From Candidatus Cloacimonadales bacterium (GTDB lineage: Bacteria; Cloacimonadota; Cloacimonadia; Cloacimonadales; JAIOQZ01): DNA of 64,000 nt. Under the pieces are notes generated by a model, which searched no databases, was not told the DNA's origin, and worked only from the letters and a program-made list of their open reading frames with translations. A program made the position numbers and the translations under genes. This document shows, in pieces, positions 59,182 to 64,000 of the stretch; within the stretch, counting starts at the first letter, position 1, and each line of letters begins with the position of its first letter. The stretch covers positions 224,001-288,000 of the forward strand of contig OY771587.1 in NCBI GenBank assembly GCA_963674825.1, read 5' to 3'.

Positions 59182-60513
59182 TTAGTTACTGATACTGAGC
59201 TTCGCGACCAGTGTTGATGAACAACCAACCGCTCCCATTCCGAAACGGAAGTCATTCGCGATAAGTTCAACGTTCTTCAGCATATCCAGGAAGTTCCCGG
59301 AGATGGTGAACTGCTGGATGGCGTGCTTCTTGATCCCCTTTTCGTAAAGGAAGCCTTCAGCGGAGAGGGAGAAGTCGCCGGAAATATCGCTGGCACCGGA
59401 GTGCAGACCAGCCAGTGATACAATCTCGATCACCTTGTCGTGCTTTGCGAAAAGCGCGTCACGGTTGACCTTTCCCTGTTGCAGGTAGAGGTTCGAGGGC
59501 GAAACGTTCAGGTTACCCTTGTAACTGCGGCTGCCGTTACCGGTAGATTTCTTGCCTTCTTTGGCAGCAGTCTGAGTGTTATAGAGCAGGTTGGTCAGCT
59601 TGCCTTTGTCGATCAGAATGGTCGTCTGCGAAGGATATCCCTCGTAGTCGAACGGCCGGCTGGCTTGTCCACCCGGATAGAGCGCGTCATCGACGATCGT
59701 CACGTGATGATTTGCCACTACTTCACCGAGTTTGCCTGCGAGCAGCGACTGTCCTTCCTGCGCACGCTTCGAGCTGAAGATGCCCGAGAATGTTGCAAGC
59801 ATGGACGACATGGTGTCGTTATCGAACACAACCGGATAGGTTCCCGGTGGGATCGGCTTGGGATTAAGCAGTTCAACAGCCTTGTTGACCGTCTGGCGAG
59901 CCAGCATTTCCGGATCGATATCGCGGAAATCGCGGGTTGAGATATAGTCGCCATAGGATTGTTTATCTTCGCCGTCTTTCACCAAAACGCCGATATACAA
60001 TGTCGAAAGGTTGGCCTTGTATTCTTTGTGCAGACCTTTTGTGTTCGCGATCTTGATATAGTGTGAGCCATCGCCGTACATGCAGTGCGAAACGCTGAAT
60101 ACGCGCTTGTCAAATGCACGCGCGACACGTTCAAGCTCCTTGGTGCAGCGAATCTTCTCTTCGATATCTACGTCGCCCAGTTCGGGATTATAGATATCCA
60201 GGTTTTCCTCGGAGTCAGGATAGCTTTCGACCAACATGACGCCTTCGCCTTCGAGGTAATTGCTGTTCTCCAGCGCTTCGTTGACGATCATCTCGAACGC
60301 CTGGTCGCTGAATTCCTCTGTGTAAGCGTAACCGACTTTTCCGTCACGGATGATACGTATTCCGATACCCTTGTCGTCGGCGTAATCAAACGATTCGATT
60401 TCCTGATCGTGCACGCGAACCCGGAACGACTTGCCCATCGAGAGCATGATCTCGACGTCGTCCGCTTTACCTTTGGCTAACTCGAAGATTTTCTCGAATT
60501 CTTTTGAATACAT
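59182..60513 (-). CDS. pmbA: TldE/PmbA family protein
   Basis: FD.EG, STGN, SG.FSL.AEGF, TISGN; no HExxH; follows tldD. Confidence 0.9.
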   Translation of the reverse strand: MYSKEFEKIFELAKGKADDVEIMLSMGKSFRVRVHDQEIESFDYADDKGIGIRIIRDGKVGYAYTEEFSDQAFEMIVNEALENSNYLEGEGVMLVESYPDSEENLDIYNPELGDVDIEEKIRCTKELERVARAFDKRVFSVSHCMYGDGSHYIKIANTKGLHKEYKANLSTLYIGVLVKDGEDKQSYGDYISTRDFRDIDPEMLARQTVNKAVELLNPKPIPPGTYPVVFDNDTMSSMLATFSGIFSSKRAQEGQSLLAGKLGEVVANHHVTIVDDALYPGGQASRPFDYEGYPSQTTILIDKGKLTNLLYNTQTAAKEGKKSTGNGSRSYKGNLNVSPSNLYLQQGKVNRDALFAKHDKVIEIVSLAGLHSGASDISGDFSLSAEGFLYEKGIKKHAIQQFTISGNFLDMLKNVELIANDFRFGMGAVGCSSTLVAKLSISN

Positions 60514-60514
60514 A

Positions 60515-61903
60515 TCAGTTCTCCTTTCTGCCGCCAACAACGATTTCATCGATCTTGATTGCAGGCTGACCAACGCTGGTTGGTACGCTTCCGCTGACAG
60601 AGCCGCACATACCGGCTGCGAAATCGAGGTTATCGGCCACCATGCTGATCTTATGAAGGACAGCCGGACCGTTTCCGATCAGGGTCATGCCGCGCACAGG
60701 CTCGGCGATCTTGCCATTGCGGACCATGTATCCTTCCGCAACTGCGAAGTTGAAATTACCGGTTCCGGGCATAACCGAACCACCGCCCATCTTCTTGGCA
60801 TAAATTCCGTAGTCGATGGATGCGATGAGGTCGTCCAGCTTGCTCTTACCGGCTGCAATATAGGTGTTACGCATGCGGGATGCGGGTGCAAATTTATACG
60901 ATTCACGGCGTCCACTTCCAGTCGCTGCATAGCCGGTTTTAAGGCTTCCAATGCGATCGACCATGAACGATTTGAGGATACCGTCTTCAATGAGCACGGT
61001 GTTCTTTGTCGGCAGGCCTTCGTCGTCAATGTTCTCGCTACCCCACATGTTGGGCATCGTACCGTCGTCGATCGCTGTGACCACCGAATTGGCGATCTTC
61101 TTGCCGAGCTGGTCGGAGAATACCGACACGCCCTTGGCAACCGATGTCGTTTCCAGGCCGTGGCCGCATGCTTCGTGGAAAATCACACCGCCGAAACCGT
61201 TGTCGATAATCGCCGGGAATTTTCCGCTCGGTGCGTAATCCGCCTCAAGCATAGTTATTGCGCGCTTGGAGGCTTCGTGCCCAAGCAATTCAGGATCGAG
61301 ACCTTTGAAGAATTCGTAACCGATCAGTGCGCCCGGGCTCTCGCTTCCTGTCTGCATCTCGCCGTTCTTCTCCGCGATCGAGGTCACGCGAATCCGCGAG
61401 TAATGGCGGTCGTCTTCTACAAGCAGACCTTCGCTGTTCGCGATAAGAACATGCTGCATACGCTCGTAGATTCCGAGGTCGGCCTGCACGATCAGGTCGC
61501 TGTAGTCGCGAGCGTGTTTGTTGATTTTCTGGAGAAATTCGATCTTTTCTTTCTTGGCGATGTCGTTCGCCATAATCTCGTAAGGATGCAAGTCCTTATA
61601 TTCCAAGCGGGTAAGGTCAAGCGCTTTCACGCGGCAATCGCTACGAGCAGCTTTGCTAACAGCATCAGCAGCAGCCAGTAAAGATGCCTCGGTGAGATCG
61701 TTCGTATAAGCATAAATCGCCAGAGTCCCGTAAATTACACGGATGCCAGCGCCGAAATCTCTTCCCACAATGGATTGTTTGACCTTGCTGTCGTTGAACG
61801 CGATGTTGGACTGGTACTGGTTCTCGACGAACAGTTCAGCAAAATCCGCACCACGTGACAGTGCCTGGTCGATCACTTTCTCGATGAGTGGCCTTGGTAG
61901 CAT
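60515..61903 (-). CDS. tldD: TldD metalloprotease
   Basis: HEACGHGLE, DDEG, GSGRRESY, RMRNTY, MCGS.SG..P..VGQP. Confidence 0.93.
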   Translation of the reverse strand: MLPRPLIEKVIDQALSRGADFAELFVENQYQSNIAFNDSKVKQSIVGRDFGAGIRVIYGTLAIYAYTNDLTEASLLAAADAVSKAARSDCRVKALDLTRLEYKDLHPYEIMANDIAKKEKIEFLQKINKHARDYSDLIVQADLGIYERMQHVLIANSEGLLVEDDRHYSRIRVTSIAEKNGEMQTGSESPGALIGYEFFKGLDPELLGHEASKRAITMLEADYAPSGKFPAIIDNGFGGVIFHEACGHGLETTSVAKGVSVFSDQLGKKIANSVVTAIDDGTMPNMWGSENIDDEGLPTKNTVLIEDGILKSFMVDRIGSLKTGYAATGSGRRESYKFAPASRMRNTYIAAGKSKLDDLIASIDYGIYAKKMGGGSVMPGTGNFNFAVAEGYMVRNGKIAEPVRGMTLIGNGPAVLHKISMVADNLDFAAGMCGSVSGSVPTSVGQPAIKIDEIVVGGRKEN

Positions 61904-62071
61904 GGTTCCTCCACAGTATTTCTATCTTCGTGCCACAAATTCGATGGAAAATGATATCCGTCAAGGAATTCATGCGTGTTCAATGTCTATCGTTCAACCA
62001 ATATTTATCGTTAAACGTCTTTTGACCGCTCGCAGTGCAGATTTAAATACTTCAGTAAAATTGATTAAAAC

Positions 62072-62101
62072 AAAAAAAAAGCGGCTGATTGCTCAGCCGC
62101 T
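62072..62101 (-). terminator. Rho-independent terminator
   Basis: Minus strand agcggctga-gcaa-tcagccgct-tttttttt. Confidence 0.85.
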
Positions 62102-62121
62102 CAATATGGATCAGGTAATAT

Positions 62122-63450
62122 TTACCACTTGGTTTGTGCGCCAACACACCAGCCAAATGCTGTGTCTTCGCCATAACCCGGGTAATCCTTGTTTGGCATG
62201 ACAAAAGCAAATGTGGTGTACAGGCAGGTCTTCTTTGCGAGATCATAGCTGAGGTCGATATCGAGCTCATTGCACATGTTTTCGCCAGAGATTTCCTTTC
62301 CATTGACCTTGTAGTTAGCAGAATTATCGTTGAACATGAAGAAGTTCAGACCTGCACGGAAATTCTCGATCGGGGTGATACCGCCACCGATGTTGAACAT
62401 CATGAGACCAGCAGAGCCGACATTCGCGATGTTCCAATCATTGTAACCAACTTCGTGGTTACCGGTACCGGTTCCATTCCAGCCTTCCCATTCGTCGGCG
62501 GTATCAGCATCGTCACCAGAAGCCATGTAGATTTCAAGGTTTGCGTCAACCGCCATGTTGCCAAGGTCTTTTTCGAAGTCGGCACCAAGGTCGATCATGT
62601 AGCCAGAATAGGTGTAATCGTCGCCACCGGCAGCAGCTTTTTCATTTGCACCAAACTGAACTGCAAATTCTGCGTACGGCATGAGCATGTCATCCATAAG
62701 GCTGAATTCGCCACGTGCGCCAAAGATGCTGTGCATATCAGCGACAACTTCTTTTGCATCGTCCGGATCCTGCATCGGCATGTAGTTGAGCCAGTAGTAA
62801 ACGTTCAGGTCAACCATGTCGGCAAGGTTATCCATACCGCCATTAAGACCCCAGATGGTGTACTGAACAGCTGTTTCGTTCATAGCATAGTTCGGATACT
62901 GTTCGCGAAGCATGTAATGGAAGTTAACATAGAATACATCGCTCTTGTAACCGATTCTCCAGCCATCAACCTTATCCAGGTCGCCCATGACATTTCCTGC
63001 GCCATAGACATAAGCCTTACGACCGATTTCAGCATTCAGACCATCAAAGAACAGTTTCTTGAAGCCAATGTAGGCTTCCTGAAGCTTCGGAGAGGTATCC
63101 TGCATCTTGCTACCGTCATCGTTACCGTTGCTATCGTAGTTCTTACCAAAACTGAGCCATTTGTTGCCGTTTCCATTCTCGAAACGAGTACTGATAACAG
63201 CACAAATGTCATCGTTGATCATGGTCTTGAAGTTCAGATCTGCACGAGCGCGTCCATAGGATTCAGCATCGTTGCCAGCTCCGGTATCTTCATCGAAGTC
63301 GGTATAGTCGTTCATGTTGTTCTCATAAATGAGTTCCATCGTGATACGACCACCAAATTTGAACTGCGGATAGTCTTTATCCCCAGCGATGAGAGCGGAT
63401 GTAATCGCCATCAAGCTGATTACAATGACGAAAAGAGTAATTTTCTTCAT
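62122..63450 (-). CDS. Outer-membrane porin-like beta-barrel (alginate-export-like)
   Basis: AGGAGG RBS, signal peptide; LQEAYI, IGR....YG.G, ASGDD, NELD; terminal Trp. Confidence 0.75.
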   Translation of the reverse strand: MKKITLFVIVISLMAITSALIAGDKDYPQFKFGGRITMELIYENNMNDYTDFDEDTGAGNDAESYGRARADLNFKTMINDDICAVISTRFENGNGNKWLSFGKNYDSNGNDDGSKMQDTSPKLQEAYIGFKKLFFDGLNAEIGRKAYVYGAGNVMGDLDKVDGWRIGYKSDVFYVNFHYMLREQYPNYAMNETAVQYTIWGLNGGMDNLADMVDLNVYYWLNYMPMQDPDDAKEVVADMHSIFGARGEFSLMDDMLMPYAEFAVQFGANEKAAAGGDDYTYSGYMIDLGADFEKDLGNMAVDANLEIYMASGDDADTADEWEGWNGTGTGNHEVGYNDWNIANVGSAGLMMFNIGGGITPIENFRAGLNFFMFNDNSANYKVNGKEISGENMCNELDIDLSYDLAKKTCLYTTFAFVMPNKDYPGYGEDTAFGWCVGAQTKW

Positions 63451-63740
63451 CTTTCCTCCTGTTTTGGATCTTTGTTTCCTCAGTCTTATTTTTTTTTCTG
63501 ATAACCTATCTATGAAATGCGAGGCAAGTCTGTCAAGAACGAAATTTCTCTGAAAATCGCTCCACGACGAACATTCATGGATACACACCCCATGTTAAGC
63601 CCTGACAAATTGCGCGTTAATGAAAGCTTAACCAACAGACCCGGCTACGCCGCATGACTATAAACTATTTACATACAGTCGATTACAACACAAAGTACTG
63701 AATTGGGAATAATCTCGCAAACTGGCGAATTCATTGAAAA

Positions 63741-63771
63741 CAAAAAAGAACCGGAATCTGAGTTCCGGTTC
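63741..63771 (-). terminator. Rho-independent terminator
   Basis: Minus strand gaaccggaa-ctcaga-ttccggttc-tttttt. Confidence 0.85.
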
Positions 63772-63795
63772 ATTATATTGAAATTTTCTTGTGAC

Positions 63796-63969
63796 TTACG
63801 CTTGCTGAGGGAGCTCACGCTTGCGACAAAGCTTGCAAACTTTGGTCTTTTTGTCTGCGCCTTTCACTTCGTACAGCAGCTTGACGCCGGTACGACTACA
63901 GATCGGGCAAGTACCACGTGCGTGGTTCGGAAATTCGTTGAGTCCTTTGCCTCTATGTGCTTTCGCCAT
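63796..63969 (-). CDS. Small basic Zn-ribbon protein (57 aa), not in the ORF track
   Basis: Manual translation MAKAHRGKGLNEFPNHARGTCPICSRTGVKLLYEVKGADKKTKVCKLCRKRELPQQA; GAGGTG RBS and its own terminator. Confidence 0.8.
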   Translation of the reverse strand: MAKAHRGKGLNEFPNHARGTCPICSRTGVKLLYEVKGADKKTKVCKLCRKRELPQQA

Positions 63970-64000
63970 AACTTCACCTCTTTATTGATATTACATATAG

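Noticed and set aside
62134..63501. 455-aa plus-strand ORF
   Set aside because: Antisense shadow of the porin gene, with no RBS or motifs

Overview
Bacterial chromosomal window, probably from an anaerobic diderm of the FCB group. Candidatus Cloacimonadota is my best inference, from secreted proteins ending in an NPFNPxTTI...YNxKGQ FlgD-Ig-type domain. It holds about 55 CDS and I saw no rRNA, tRNA, CRISPR array, integrase or transposase. The standout is a tightly coupled five-gene operon (minus strand, 10835->5437). It encodes four ferredoxin-type proteins that all carry Sec or lipoprotein signal peptides and no twin-arginine motif, with 12 CxxCxxC...C motifs in total. One is a 1058-aa lipoprotein with 2x[4Fe-4S] domains at both ends of eight FN3-like repeats, and the operon ends in a predicted outer-membrane beta-barrel. 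This is a candidate heme-free 'porin-ferredoxin' envelope redox system. Other notable items: an antibiotic-resistance-like ABC-F preceded by an MIN uORF and an SD-sequestering hairpin; a recombining tandem array of secreted paralogs with 34-aa signal-peptide minigenes and an inserted cargo gene; a non-RD Ser/Thr kinase-TM-LRR-TM-FGE protein coupled to a TamA/TamB/Omp85 operon; a stand-alone flgFGAH operon with a sigma54 promoter; PerR-peroxiredoxin with a palindromic operator; an Rrf2-sulfate ABC operon; REP-like intergenic repeats; and a 57-aa basic Zn-ribbon ORF missing from the ORF track.
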